A stretch of 64,000 nucleotides of DNA from the human T2T-CHM13v2.0 reference genome, Homo sapiens. The notes under the pieces were generated by a model. That model made no database searches and had not been told where the DNA came from. It saw nothing but the letters and a program-made list of their open reading frames with translations. Shown piece by piece: positions 14,721 to 31,458 of this stretch (position 1 is the first letter of the stretch; the number at the start of each line of letters is the position of its first letter). The stretch lies in NCBI RefSeq assembly GCF_009914755.1, contig NC_060925.1; one strand, given 5' to 3'. The translations under genes and the position numbers were made by a program.

Positions 14721-14937
14721 TACCAAAATATATTTCTTTGACATATTTTGAAATGGCCCTGCAGAGCTGTGTCTTGTGGGGAAGATCTACATTCTGTAGA
14801 GAATTCCTGTTCCTTCCCAGGTCTTTTCCCTGATCCAGGAGAGAACTAGGAGTCTGGCACCTTTTTAGGTCTGATAAGAGCTCTGAAGTCTGCTACCTGG
14901 AGGCTTCACCTGCATAATAAATCCTTGGTCTCCATAA

Positions 14938-15322
<385 letters not shown>

Positions 15323-15920
15323 GCAGAAAACCTTTGAATCTGCCTATGACCTGGAAGCCCCTCCACCCATGCTTCAAGTTGCCCGGCGTTTCAGGTTGAA
15401 CCAATGTACATCTCACATGGATTGACTGATGTCTGATGTCTCCCTGAAGTGATTAAAACCAAGCCATAGCCCCACCACTTTGGGCACATGTTGTCAGGAT
15501 CTTCTGGGGCTGTGTCAGGGGACCTTGGTCACTCATACTTGGCTCAGAAGAAATCTCTTCAAATATTTTATGGAGTTTAACTCTTTTCATTGACAGAGCC
15601 TATTAGAATTTAGGGTGGGAAGACCCAGAACTTGCAAGTTTATGTGAGGAAGAGCAGAGAGAAGAGGATTGCCTCTTCTGCTAATGAAGATGGAATGTCA
15701 GTTGCTTGCAGGATTTAGGGTACATGGAGGGTGGGAGAATTAGAGCCAAGTAGGGCTTCCCTCTCTCCAGGCAAGTAGTAGCAAAGTGGAGATCAGAGGG
15801 GAAGAAGCTGTTAATGAACTGCGTTCCTTCTTCCCCTTGGAGCAGCCTGAGTAGAGAAACCCTACACTTCATCCATCCTTAGATGAGTAGAGGAGGAAGT
15901 TTTAGCAAACTGGAAGTTAA

Positions 15921-16263
<343 letters not shown>

Positions 16264-16500
16264 TGATTTTGAAAGCTGTTGCAGTACCAGGAAAAAAAAA
16301 AAAGAAGGCAACAGAACTACTTTCACCTCCATTAGAAAGACAGCAAAGCCAGAATGTATAGCTTTCAGGCACAAAAATTCTTCGCGCAGCCAGTAATCTG
16401 GGAAATATTGATATTTGTTTTCCTCATCTCAACCCCAAAATGACATGTAGGAACAGGTGTTTAGGTTTTTGGATAAATAATGAATTAATGAAGAAATTCC

Positions 16501-16875
<375 letters not shown>

Positions 16876-17589
16876 TCAGATGCATAAATGAGAACAGTAA
16901 GGACTCCAGCGTGCTTCTCCTTCAATGCAGAATATGGCTGGAGGTCTTGGGCAGTGTAATTTTATTTCTTCACCATGAAATTTGGGAATATACAATCTTT
17001 AAAGGATGGCCCTTGAGTAATTCAGGGAACAGCAGAGGGAAGGGGCTGTGAGCTGAGGCCAAAGGTCTGACTTATCCTTAGGGCATCATAACTGGGGGTA
17101 TTTCACCCCTTCCTGACCTAGGTCCTGCTTCCACTGGAGGGAGGCCTCTTTGCCATTGTGTACATGGCTGGCTGTCACTGGACTCTGGTCCCTCCCCCAA
17201 CACTCTCAAGCAGGGGTTCCTTACTAATGATTTGCATGACTATTTTCTCAGTTTTCAAAGGGATAGTATATACCCAGTAACATTCTAATTGCATAGAAAT
17301 AAGTTAATTTATGACACAAAGGATGCCTTATGGCGTGGAGGCTTAATTCTTCTGGAACTTCAGTTGCGGACTGGAATAGATACTTTGCCTCAACTGAAAA
17401 TAGACCTTTGGTCTGAACAAAAAGGCCCTTCACATTCTGCTCAGCCAAATCACTTCCCCAACCTCCTCAAAACCTTTCCTAATATGTATTGCCTCCTGGA
17501 AATATTTTCTTTCTTAAACGCATGATTCCAACCCAGACCCTCTACAGTGGGGATCACCAGATAAAAGGGATGAGAGAAAGCAGGAAAGC

Positions 17590-17740
17590 CTTGGAGTCAG
17601 ACAGACCTGGTTCAAATCCTAGCTCTGCTGCTTACTAGCTGCATGACTTGGGACAACTTAGGAGCTTCAACGTCCTCATTTGTAAAATGAAGATTAAAAG
17701 AGATAAAGCACTTAGTTCAGTGCCTGTTGCATAGAAGGTT
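17590..17740 (+). mobile_element. MIR fragment
   Basis: ggagtcagacagacctggttcaaatcctagctctgc core. Confidence 0.7.
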
Positions 17741-17744
17741 GTTT

Positions 17745-18230
17745 CAGTAATCTATGATTATATAGCAAACCACTTCAAAATTTAGTGGCTTGAAACAACA
17801 GCCACTATTTATTTGCTCACGATTTTACAATTTGGGCAGGGCTCTCCAGGGGTGATTTGTTTCTACTCTACAAGGTGTTGATTGGGCTTGATTGGGGCTC
17901 TAGGGTCCAAGGTGGCCACGTGTGTCCGGGGCCATGGTGCTGGCTCTCAGTGGGGACGCTTGGTTGTCCTCCATGTGGCCTCTCATAATTCAGTAATCTA
18001 GCCTGAGATCCTTTACATGGGAGCTGACTTCTAAGAGCAAAAGCAGAAACTAAGGTACCTCTTAAGGCCCAGGCCTGGACTGGTGCCACGTCACTTCTGC
18101 TACATTCTTTCTGTCAAAGCAAGTCACATGATTCAAGGGAAGGGGAAATAGACTCCAACTCTTGATGAGAGGAGCACCGTGCTCATACAAAGATAGGAGG
18201 AACTGTTATCATCTTCTGCAGATTCTATCA
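17745..18230. mobile_element. MLT1-type (MaLR) LTR
   Basis: aaaccacttcaaaatttagtggcttgaaacaac...gcaagtcacatgattcaaggg motifs. Confidence 0.65.
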
Positions 18231-18279
18231 CAGAACACCTTCAATATCTTATTTGTCATCAGAATGAAAACAAAGATAA

Positions 18280-18786
<507 letters not shown>

Positions 18787-19164
18787 TCCAATTTCTTGAG
18801 TATCATTCCAGCCCTCAGGTCTTGGGGCTCTGTCTATAATTAGCTATGTGCATGTTTGTGTTCTGCTGTTTGCCTCTTTGTGGTGGATGTGCGTCCTGTT
18901 ATCCCAACTTAAATTGGAAAGCCCATAGAGGCAGAGAGCAAGTCATCTTCGGCATCTCTTTCCAGCACTTAGTACTGTGGAGGGTTGAATTCAGTTGTGT
19001 CGTAGATGTCTAGGGAAAAGGACAGTGTTAGAAACCTCTGTGGAAGCGAATGTGGTTGTGGGAAGATAAAGGGGAGTCTTAAGGCCCTGTGGTTCCTTAC
19101 AGCCTGGCTAAAGGATGGCAACTTTCCAAATGTTTCATAGAAAGTCTCAAATACAGGGACACGT

Positions 19165-19391
19165 AGGCACTGGGGAACCACATATTTATTTAGATGAATC
19201 CAAACCAGACATGGTGCCGAAGCTCCTTGAGGACACAGTCTCACCACTGGCGGGCTTCCTGGAGGCACTGAAAAGAGGGAGCACTTTGTAGCCATGACAG
19301 CAAATGGCCAGAGGACACCAGGCTGCTGAGGGCACCGTTGTCACGGTCCCTGGCTCCTGTGCCATGAATTCACTTCATTGCTGGGCACTGG
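19165..19391 (-). other. MYBPHL: MYBPHL non-coding terminal exon (3'UTR)
   Basis: Pyrimidine tract + cacag| at 19392; AATAAA (minus) at 19185-19190. Confidence 0.72.
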
Positions 19392-20264
19392 CTGTGAGAG
19401 AGGGAAAGGGGCAACTAACACGAACACAAGTATCATTAACACAGAGAGGGAGGTGAGGGAGGGAGAGTTGTCTCTGCAAGCCGACTGTCGGAGAGCGCTT
19501 TCCTGAGAAGTCTGTACTTGTAACGCACCCCTTTAGGCTTTCATTTGCTACATACCAGTGAGAGCCTGAAATAAATGTCTTATGGGATCAAATTCATTTC
19601 CAATTTCCATCAGCCAGCAGCTACAAGTCAGAGAGGACACTGGGAACTTGTTCTCTTTAGTTCTGTCTCAAGCTTCTTTTTCGCCTTATGCATCACTTTG
19701 TTCACAACATAGCTAATGTGAATGACGGAAAATCTAAAAGAGCTGTCCGGTTCTAAATGATGAGCTGAGCTGTCTTTTGCCAATAATGTGCTGCTTGGGA
19801 CCACACACCTAAAGGTTAAATTATAATTGACATAAATGAGAAAGAGGATTTTCTTCTCTTGGAAGGGAAGGAATCCATAAGCTTCAAAGTAAAAAACAAA
19901 TATATTAATCCATTTTTTTTTACCATGCTCATGATCCTGAGGCGTTTACTCAGTCAGCAGGAGCAGCCTCCCCTGTCCTTACACACCCCACAGGCACAAG
20001 GTGCTGTGACTCTTGTGGGTTCCTGCACTCTGAATTGTTCCCTTGACATCTTTTCCTACAATACCTGCTCAGCTCCCTCCCACAGAATCTCCTTATGATT
20101 AGGTGGATGCTGTCACTCTTCTTCAGAGGACCATTCATTAGGTTTAATTCCTACCATCGACTTGAGGAGTGCAGACATAGAGAGGATATGACAAAAGCAG
20201 ACTGCATCTACTATAAATTCTCTCCACAGGGATGACAGTATCGCTTTTAAAAATGGTTACAACA

Positions 20265-21008
<744 letters not shown>

Positions 21009-21045
21009 TTACCTTTGTCAGAGTACGATGCCTTCTTAGGTGTCC

Positions 21046-21056
21046 TCAATTAGGAA
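21046..21056 (-). CDS. MYBPHL: MYBPHL exon 8 coding part (V)PN-stop; exon continues to 21013
   Basis: tacag|TT CCT AAT TGA; donor AG|gtaag at 21013; total 354 aa. Confidence 0.88.
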
Positions 21057-21917
21057 CTGTAATAATTCGGACATTTCTCAGTGTTAACATCTCAGAAATC
21101 TCTGAGAAACTTTCTTTCAGAGCATTAGAAAGGAATATTCTATTTCAGGTTCTTGGGGAGTCAATGGTGCTAATTAGGTAGTCTATACATAGAGAAGAAC
21201 AGGACATGTAAGGGCTCATTCATTCTTGATCCATGCAACAAACATTTAGAGTGCCTACTGTGTGTCAGAAACTGGGCTAGACACTGGGGGGACAAAGGCA
21301 AATAAGACAATGTCCCTACCCTCAAAATGCTTATAATTTAATAGGGAAACATATCTATAAATAGATAATTATAAAACAGTATGTTAAACACAATGATAGA
21401 GATCTGAACAAGGTGACAGGTATAGATAAGTGATTAAATACTTTAAGGAAGTAGAGAGGATATGCAATATTACCTATAAATAAACCGGAGGGGAAGTGAA
21501 ATAAAGCCTGACAAACAGTTGCAGCTTTCCTAGGCTGAGTCGGAAGATTGCACAGCATAAAGAAAAATGAGCTGAGCGAGGACCCGGAGACCTGGGCTAT
21601 TTCCACCAGTGCCAGGTGATCAACTAACTGACACTGGGAATCTTGGGCAAACCAGTTCCCTCCCTGTACTTTCGTCTTCTCATTTGCAAAATGGAAATAA
21701 GAATTCTTCCTATATTATTGAATTGTGATGGAGAGAAATGAGATAGTAGATAATTAAAATGTCTCCTCCAATACATCCTGATGATGACAGTGATGAAAGA
21801 GTCCAGCGGAGGAACCCCTTCTCCCCCTAGGCTTGCGTCTCTGTTCCCTGACTCTTCCACCGGTGGAGAGAGGAGGTGACTGGCACCCTAAGGCACTAGT
21901 TCTCCTCTTGCCCTTAC

Positions 21918-22104
21918 CTTTCACATCCACCCGACAGTCCACAGATGCCTCCCCTAGGGGGTTCACCGCCTTGCAGGTATAGATGCCTCCATCAAAGGGA
22001 CCCGGCTTGCGGATCTCTAGGGAGCAGATTCCCAGGTGAGTCAGGGCTCTGTACTTAGGGTTGCCTTGGATATCCATCTTGTTCTTCAGCCAGATGATCT
22101 TGGG
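21918..22104 (-). CDS. MYBPHL: MYBPHL exon 7, C-terminal Ig domain [12 protein letters not shown]...[21 protein letters not shown]
   Basis: I-set Ig motifs, canonical splice sites. Confidence 0.95.
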
Positions 22105-23040
22105 CTGGAAGACAAAGATGAGGGAGGCAGCAAGGAGGGGCGAGGGTAAGAACCAATAGTCTTTCTGTGCTCAGTTTCTGGGACTCTGTCTATATAGAGA
22201 TAATGGCTTTCTGGAAGGCTCCCTGTTCCTTATGTTGTGGGAAGGGTTTCCCCTTCCAGTGCCACCAGCAGTCCCCCAAGCTCCTTCTCTTGTTTGAAAA
22301 TAGCACCTGAAACTTCATTTTCTTTACCAATATTTCTGACTGGAAGAAAACTGCTAACTTCCGTTCCGGGCTCTCAGGCAGCCCCTTTATGGATCAGAAG
22401 CACTGAGCATCAGGCTCACCTCTTGTGAACCATCCATATTCTGTTCCCACTGCTGACTTGTGAGTTGCCTCTGTCCCCTCTGGTTAGAGAGTAGCTTCTA
22501 GAGTGGGCTCTTGATATGCCCCTTCTGAGATGTTATCTCCATGTAGTCTTGCCCAGACTCAAAACCCAAAAGATTCTTGGTACAGGTTGTTAATGGTGTT
22601 TTCTGCTGTGTGTGGAGCATGATGACTAGATTGTAAATAGACAGAGAGCCTTGCTCAGGGTTGTGGCAAAAGGCTGAACTCTAGGCAGCTTGCATGTGCA
22701 CGGCCCTGATGGGATGAGGTATGCATGGGAAGGAGAAACCACAGGGACTCTGTCACTCCTACCACAGAAACAACTTGAAGCGCATGCCTAATTGCCAGCA
22801 GGTCAGTAAGCAACACCTCCATATATGAGAAACAAACATTCAAAAGGAAATGTCATTCTCATCAGTCCGTCTTGGACTCCAAGCACCCCCCCGACTGTTC
22901 CTAAATACCGTGCTGTAGAAGAGGCAGATGGCGGTGATGGTAACAGATGTTATGTTACAGTGCTCTGCAACTCAGCTTAGGTTAGGACAGGCAGGAACAA
23001 GAAGCAGCTCAGCACAGCGCCCCCCAGAGCCCCCACTCAC

Positions 23041-23749
<709 letters not shown>

Positions 23750-23856
23750 CTGCGGGGCCGAACATGATGCCAGAAATCAGCCACCCCATGTGGAGCTACC
23801 AGAGGCCTGTCCCAACATGCCCTCTTCCACCCTCCTTCCTTCCCAGCTGGCCTCAC

Positions 23857-23996
23857 CCCGGATTTTGTGTCAGCCTTCTGCACCGTGTATCCCAGAAGTG
23901 CTGTATTCCCCGTATCTTGGGGCGGTGTCCATTCCAGTGTAGCGCTGAAGCCCCAAACGTCCACCAGCTTAATACTCTGAGGAGGGCCTGGCCTCT
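23857..23996 (-). CDS. MYBPHL: MYBPHL exon 4, FnIII N-half (E)[15 protein letters not shown]...KSG
   Basis: FnIII PGPP/LEW motifs; splice sites. Confidence 0.95.
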
Positions 23997-24228
23997 CTGA
24001 AAGGGCAAAGCCATGGCAGTGGGCGTGGAACATCCCACATGCATTGAAGTCACTTCAGGAGTGCCCTAGCCCCTTTTTCTCCTCAGTTACCCCTCCTGCG
24101 CCCACCCTGTGTCCCAGACATGACGTGGGAGCCTTGCCCCAGCTTCCCCAGCTCTCTGAGCTGGCTCCTCTTCAGCCTGGAGAGGGAGTTCCTGAGGACC
24201 CCCCCATCTCCCACTTCCCCCACCGTAC

Positions 24229-24424
24229 CAATCACCAGGATGTCAATGGTGGCGGTGGCCTCCAGCCCACCCAGCTGCACGCGGAGTTGGTAGCGACCTG
24301 AGTCAGCACGTTGGGCTTCTCGGATGAAGAGGATGGAGTCTTGCTCCCCATTCCGCACACTCACACGCCTGGTGTCCAAGGCACAGCCATCATGTGTCCA
24401 GATGGCTTGAGGTTTGGGCTTGCC
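24229..24424 (-). CDS. MYBPHL: MYBPHL exon 3, Ig domain GKPKPQAIW...DSGRYQL...ILVI
   Basis: Ig DSGxY motif; splice sites. Confidence 0.95.
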
Positions 24425-24975
24425 CTGAGGAATGAGGGTAATGCTTTGAGCAGCCCCGAGAGGCTTCCTGACTCTCCCTGCTGCTGTAGGGGTCCTGTCC
24501 ACCCCAGGTCCACAGGGAGGCTTGACTTGGAGCTGCACATTCCTTGAGTTAGAAGTTGGTGGACCCTCCCGGGGGCCTCCTCCTTTCAGCAACAGCCTAA
24601 GGATCTTGGGAAAGAGGGATGGCTTTGAGTCTCCCAATCTCTGAGAGCTTAGGTCATGAACACCCGGGGCAGCTGGGACCAATTGAATAGCCACTCAAAC
24701 TCCCAAGAACCCTTCTAACTGCAAGCTCTGAGGCTTCTGTAGACTGAAGGGCATGGATTAGCCTCACACCATCTCATGGGTGCACACCCAGTCCTATCCA
24801 AACCCACCTTCAGAAGTGCAGAGGTCATTTGGCCTCAGACTTCTGGTGGTGTGACCCCTTCTATCCAAGGCTGGGAAGATTGCCCCTCTGCTAGCAGGAC
24901 TCTTGGTATCTGTTTCCAAATCCAAAACCTGCACTGGCCCCAGACATGGACCCAGTATGGGGCTGGCATGATCAC

Positions 24976-25064
24976 CTGGAATGGGATTAGTAGGTTCACT
25001 GTGTCCCCAACCTTCCGGATGTAGGTCTGCCTCAGGGCCCGAGGTAGCCAGATCTTGGGGTGCT
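24976..25064 (-). CDS. MYBPHL: MYBPHL exon 2 (E)[29 protein letters not shown]
   Basis: MyBP-C/H-type Ig start; splice sites in phase. Confidence 0.95.
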
Positions 25065-27542
25065 CTGAGTGATGGAAAGAGAGAGAATAGGAGATGGATA
25101 CTCAGAGAAAGTAAATCCTGCATCCAGCTGCCTGCTGTGGGTGAGTGGCCCAGGAATCGGTCACCAAATTAAGCCCTTCTTAGAGGGGAGGGGAAGAGTG
25201 CTCCCATCATCCTGCTGGGATTTGGGGATGAGGGGTTGGCTTAAGGAACACCCCGGGAAACATTAAAGTCTCAGCAGAAGGAACACTGGAGTGCGAGTCT
25301 GACAGTTCTCTTAATTTGTAACTCTCAAGTACTGACTTTCCATCATCTGGAGGCATTCCATCCTGATGGAGGCATTTTTATTTTTCTGTTTGTGTACAGA
25401 CCAGCCTGGTCTGTGTGGTTTGTCTTTCCACCCTTTTCTACATTTGTCCTTAATACCATTCCTTTTATCAAGGCCACTTTCCATGTCAATCCTGACCTCC
25501 CAGTTAGGTGTGGGTCTCAGGAGAATGCTCTCCATTCTGCAGGCAGAGTCAACACCCTGACCTCCCAGCCGCCCACGGAGACAACACTGATGTCACTGCA
25601 GACAGAGCACGTGTCTGGGTCCCTTCCTCTGCATGGCCACTCTGCTCCCGGGCGCCTGCACAGTCTTCTTCCAGTTTGCAGAGGATCATTTTGTACAGAT
25701 TCTGGGACAGATTAGGTCCACCACTCATTTCCCTTTGATCTCACAGGTCTGTCCCAGTGAGAAGTAGAGATTAGATGATGTGTATGGGCTTCCAGGATGA
25801 AGACAGGAAATGCTTGGAAAAGTGCTGAGTGTAGGTTTGGAGACTGTCCAGGTATCATTTCTCTCCTCTTGGGATGCCTCACACTGTCTCAGCTGCCGAA
25901 GCACAAACATTCCACCTGCGTTCCCTCGGGGGCCTGGCTGAGACGGACACCATTTTCTGGCCTTTTCCTGGCTGCTGTCTCCTCCTTTCTCAGGCACAGG
26001 CAGTCGCCTGGCTGATATTATCTTCAGTAGAATGTGATAGTGCTTCAGTTCCCAACAACCCAGGATTCTTGCCACAGTTCATTCTTGGCAGTTGGAAGAA
26101 CTTCACCCCTGGTACATTCCTGTGGCAAACAGCATGACTGCTCGATAGTGGATTCCAGACTCTTTGATAGCACACACTTCTGTGAAAATACTTCCCTGAG
26201 CATTCACTATGACATATGTATGTTTACTTATAGATGAACTGTTTAAATACATACATTACATAACACAAACATGTAAGTGACGCAACTGAAACAGAGCTTC
26301 TTCTGTGTCCTTCCTCCAGCTCAATCAGCAAGCATTGTCCAGAGAACTTCACTCTGAGTCTCCCCATGATAATCTCAAGGTCGCGAGACCTTTGCAAATG
26401 AAGATCAATGGCAATGTACAGTGCACACGGTCCGTTTGGTTTCTGCAGTTTCCTTTTGTGCTGTGTGGCTTATGTTTTCACCTGGGCTGTGCCTGTCTTA
26501 GACTGCACCTCAGGAATATGTGACGAGGGGACTTGATGGGCCTGAGTGCCCGTCCTCCCTGCCCTGCTCAGGTCTTGACTGCCTCAGCATAGATGCAGCA
26601 GCTGCAGGCGGCTGAGTGACCCTGCTGTGGCTGCCCTCGGCTGGGCTCTGGTGGCTTGGGAGGGGCGGGACATGAAGAACAGAAGAAGCGTTTGTGTGAT
26701 GGGCTTCTCTCCTGTGGCCATCTTGGCAAGCAACCAAAGAGTTGAAGACGGGCGGATATGACTTAATAGTGTTTTGAAAAAGAGGGCCGTACTTGGAAAG
26801 GAGGGTCAAAACCTCATCTTGTCAGGCTTGGTTCCCCACTGTTGGGGGAGGAAATAACCCTTTCTACATTTGCTGGGGAGAGGGCTGGAGAGAAGCTGGC
26901 TCTGCTGTCCCTGTGCCGCCTGCCTACAGAATGTCGGCATTAGGAAGGGCCTGTAAGCACCAGAACAAGGATGCTGGGAGCAAGAGGGCTCCGAGAAAGA
27001 AGCCGGTATTCTGGAGACCTCCCGGCTAGCTGTGACGACGTGCCTGGCACCAGAGACTCCTGCCTCCCCATCTAAGATTGTGTGTCTGAAGGACCCATTC
27101 TCAGAGCACTAGCTGTGTCTTGCCCACCAGTGTCCACCCAGCAATGAGCACCATAGTCAGGGCTTGGACAGTGGCCTGCCCCTGGAGGGAGGAGGCCCAG
27201 AGGGAAGGCGGGGGCTAGACATACCCAAGAACTGCAAAGGGTTGAGGTGGGGAGAGGAACCCAGGCCTTCATGCCTGACAGAAGTGCCCGCTGAGCCCCG
27301 CCCTGCTGAGACCTCAGGTAGGGAATGGGCTGTTATGGGTAGCTGTGAGCTGATGTATGTGTTTCCACCTAGTGTTTCTTTTGTTTCTTAGAAAAACACC
27401 TGGGAAAATGTTAGCATTCTTACACCTGAACTAAAGAGAAAAATGAAAGAAATGGGTTTATGTGGAACATAAGCTAAGGTGTGGGAGTTAGAGGAAGAGG
27501 AGCAGACTGGCCCTTGGATCTAGAGGGGATCCTGGCTGGGCA

Positions 27543-27595
27543 GAGAGCAAGGAAGGAGGCTGCCCGCGAGAGCAAGGAAGGAGGCTGCCCGCGAG
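27543..27595. repeat. Perfect 25-bp tandem duplication
   Basis: GAGAGCAAGGAAGGAGGCTGCCCGC x2. Confidence 0.9.
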
Positions 27596-28213
27596 GACGG
27601 CAGTCTCTCCCTCCCTGGACGGCTCCATTGCCGGTTCTCTGCTTATCAGTGGGTTTCCTGACAAGATGACGAAACTTAAGTCTCTAGAATGGACTCTGAG
27701 GATGTGTAGGTGAGGCCTCTGCTCCCAGCAGGCTCCCGGCTCCCTGTGGGAGGGCAGAGTATGGACGTGAGGCTAACTCAGCTGACTACGTGCAGAGGTG
27801 GCAGGAGAGAGTGTGGCAGCTTCAGATGCCCAGTCAGCAGGTCAGCAGCATGCTCTCCAATCGCCTCTCAACCCAACCCAGGCGCAATCTGACTCTTTGC
27901 TAAGAATGTGAACGCCGGGGCTCATTTGAGGCATCTCTTTTCACACATCCGCAGTCAAGCGAGGTGTAAATTGTACTGACCTTGGGGAGGCATGGCTTCC
28001 CCTGATGCCCAAGGTCTTTCTCCTCCTTAGATGACAGGAGGGATGTGAACCAAAGCCTAGAGTCTTTAAGAGCCTAGGTTTTCTAAGAGCAGGTCTGTGA
28101 GAGTCACAGTTTGGTTTTCTCCCTTCATGGGGTCTTAGAGAAAAGGCATCTTGAAAAGTCCTTTGAGGGCCTTTGGTTCTGAGTTAGGCTCTCTCTGTAC
28201 AATGTTTCTCTCA

Positions 28214-28566
<353 letters not shown>

Positions 28567-28821
28567 GAGAGAAAACTACTTCAAGTCCAAAGATCTTGAC
28601 TTCTGATTAGAAAATTCCTCCTAATACCTACCCTACTTTTATCCTGCTAAAGTTTATGCCTGTTTTACTATTCTATAATTGTTCCTATCCTCTCATAATT
28701 CCCTTTTATGGGATCGGTCTTTCTCCAGAGGCTCCCTAGGGGCTGTATAGTTCAGACCGATGTTACTAACTATGACCTGGAGAGCCAAGAACCAAGATGG
28801 AAGCATTGGAGAAGTGGAGAG

Positions 28822-28986
28822 GGTGTGTGTGTGTTTGTATGAGTGTGTATGTATGTGTGTGTGAGTGTATGTGTGTGAATGTGTGTGTTTGTGTACGTGC
28901 ATGAATGTGTGTATGGGTGTGTTTACGTGTGTCTGTGAATGGTGTGTGTATGTGTGTGTATGAGAGTGTGTGTGTGAGAGAGAGAG
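28822..28986. repeat. Imperfect (TG)n/(GA)n microsatellite
   Basis: Direct inspection. Confidence 0.9.
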
Positions 28987-29989
28987 GGAGCCTGCATACA
29001 CACGTGCCTATGTGGGTGAAGGGTTACCAAAAGAGGGCGAATGCAGGAGGCTAGCTATGGCTTTGAAACTATCCAGAGGTTTCCAGAAATCCAAGAAGTA
29101 CCGGGATTTCTTAGAGAAACATTACCAGATGCCTAGGATGTGGCCTTGGTCTACTCAGAAACCTGTCTGGAGGAGTGCAATGGGAAAGGAGTGGTACAAG
29201 AGTGTCACTTTCTTGAAGGCCATGAAACTAAGGTCAGAAAAAATAAAAGGACATAGGAACAGGCAACACTTCTCTGAGGAAAAGACTCCACCCCACCCCG
29301 TCCCTATGTTACAGTCGTCCCCCTAGTGCTTGATGGTTTTAGCCCTGGCTCACTGTCTCTCCAACACCCTCTCCATGCGGTATGCCTCTCCAGGCATAAC
29401 TCCTGCTGGTCCCAACACCCATGTTTCCAGTCCCCATAGGGTCTCTCACATCTGGCCCACCACTCCTCCAATAACTTTGTCCTCTCCTAATTCAGCCAAT
29501 GGTCCCTGTGGCCATTCTCTAGACCAAGAGCTACAATCCTTCTATGATCAGAATTACAAGCATCCCACTGTCTCATCACCACCTCTATAACAGAGATGGC
29601 TAACTGGCCAAAAAAAATGTATGTTACCCCTTCCGTAGCGTAGCTATCTCTGAGAAGTGGCTGCCCGGCCACCTTTTGCTGGATGGCTACGCGACCAGTT
29701 TTTGCCAATGAGACGTAAGTGGCAATGGTGAGAATCACATCTGGTCCCAGGCTTTGAAGAAGTTAGATTTCTATTTTCCTCTTCTGCTAGCTGTACACAG
29801 ATGATCACGGGCCCTAAGGAATGGCAGAGCCCCAAGATGAAAGAGGCCTGGGTCCTTGGATTACCACATGGAGGAGAACTATCTGCAGAATAGTTTTTAG
29901 TTCTTACGCTAGTGAGAAATAGATGTATGTCATTCCTGAGACCTGTTTCATTCACTAGTATACCTAACTAATATAATCTTTATCCCTTT

Positions 29990-31085
29990 AGCTCACTTCC
30001 TCCAGTGCTCCAACACCAGCAATTCTTTGGCACCACTGAGATCTGTGATCCATTGTCCTACCACCCTCTCACTACCTAGCACCCCTTTCATGTTAGCACT
30101 TTCTTCACCACCCAACTTAGATTGCACGGTCATTATTATACTCTCTCTCTTGCACTCACTCAAATCCCTGAGTCCTCTTTGACTTCATTGCACTCTCTTG
30201 GCAATACCTAACCCTTGTTAAATAAACTTCCCACCCACTCAGTGGCTGTATCTGCACAGAGTAACAGGACTGGGGGAAAATACAAAATTATATGGAGTTT
30301 AACTTGAGGGCCATTAATAGTGACCACCACCTCCAAGTGAACTCTGGCAATTCTACTAGACTTCCCAAGTTCACTCGGTCTCCCATTGTCCTGGGTGACT
30401 ATCGCACACCTTTCTCTTCTAAAACCTCCCTACCTTCTCCCTCATTCTCATTCCCAGTTGTTGATCTTGCTAGTGTCTAAGGCCCACCTACAGTCTATTC
30501 TTAACATGGCCAGCTGGAAAAATCCTTAAAATCTACACTTGGTCCTGTCAGTCCTTACTCCCAGTCCCTGCACTGGCTGGCTGGCTGTCTCGTAGACAAA
30601 CCAAAGTCTTCACAGCGGCCGTGCTACCTCTCAGACTGAAATACTGCCACTGTCTCCCTCCCTGTGCTACAGCCACAATGGCCCCAACCCATAAAGCACA
30701 CTCCTGCCTCAGGGTCCTTGCAGTTGTTCTCTCTGTGTGGAAAATATTCCCCCAAATATCTGCATGCATTGCTTTCTCACATCCTTTAAGTTGCTGCTCA
30801 AATGTCACCTTATTAGTGAGACCCTCACTGAATATTCCATTTGAAGCAGGAAGCCTGCATGCTTCCTACCCGAAGCACGTTCTATCCCCGTCCCTGCATT
30901 AGTTTTGGCACAGCATTTCTCACCATCTGACATATTAGATACTTTACTTGTTTATTTATTGTCTAGCTCCCTCCACTAGAATCTAACTTCCATGAGGGCA
31001 GTTATTTTTACCTATTTTGTTCATTTCTGTAATTCTGGCACCTAGAAGAGCGCCTGGCACATCATAGGCACAACCTAAATATTTG
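29990..31085 (+). mobile_element. L2 fragments ending in the L2 3' terminus
   Basis: cttccatgagggcag...gcctggcacatcataggc...aaatatttg; preceded by an MLT-like segment ~29610-29970. Confidence 0.65.
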
Positions 31086-31273
31086 TGGAAGGAAGGAGGA
31101 GGAAAGGAAGGACGGAAGGAAGGAGGGAAGAAAGGTCACTCCTAGGCATGAGATTCAGTTTCCCATGCCTGGAAGACACAGAACAGTTCAGATTGAAAGA
31201 GAACACAGAGTCAGTTGGAGCGATGATGCTGAAGTCAGCAGATGGGCTCTTTCTCCTCCACCTCAGGGTCCCA

Positions 31274-31458
31274 GGGAACGCCTCTTTGCTGAGAGGCACA
31301 CAGAGACCATCGTGAAGGGGAAATTGAATGCTTCTTCCAGGAGAGCTCCACTTCCGTGGAGCTCAGACTCTGAGGGGTCAGGATCTCCTATGGGAGCAGT
31401 GGGGGATTGGAGGAGGTCCTGACCCCGTGGTACTGCCCAGCAGGAGGCCGAGTGTCAC
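31274..31458. repeat. 185-bp duplicated hairpin-rich element, copy 1
   Basis: 184/185 identical to 33033-33217. Confidence 0.95.

Noticed and set aside
26378-26393. AAGGTC-GCGA-GACCTT GNRA tetraloop hairpin
   Set aside because: A single 6-bp stem is expected by chance in 64 kb
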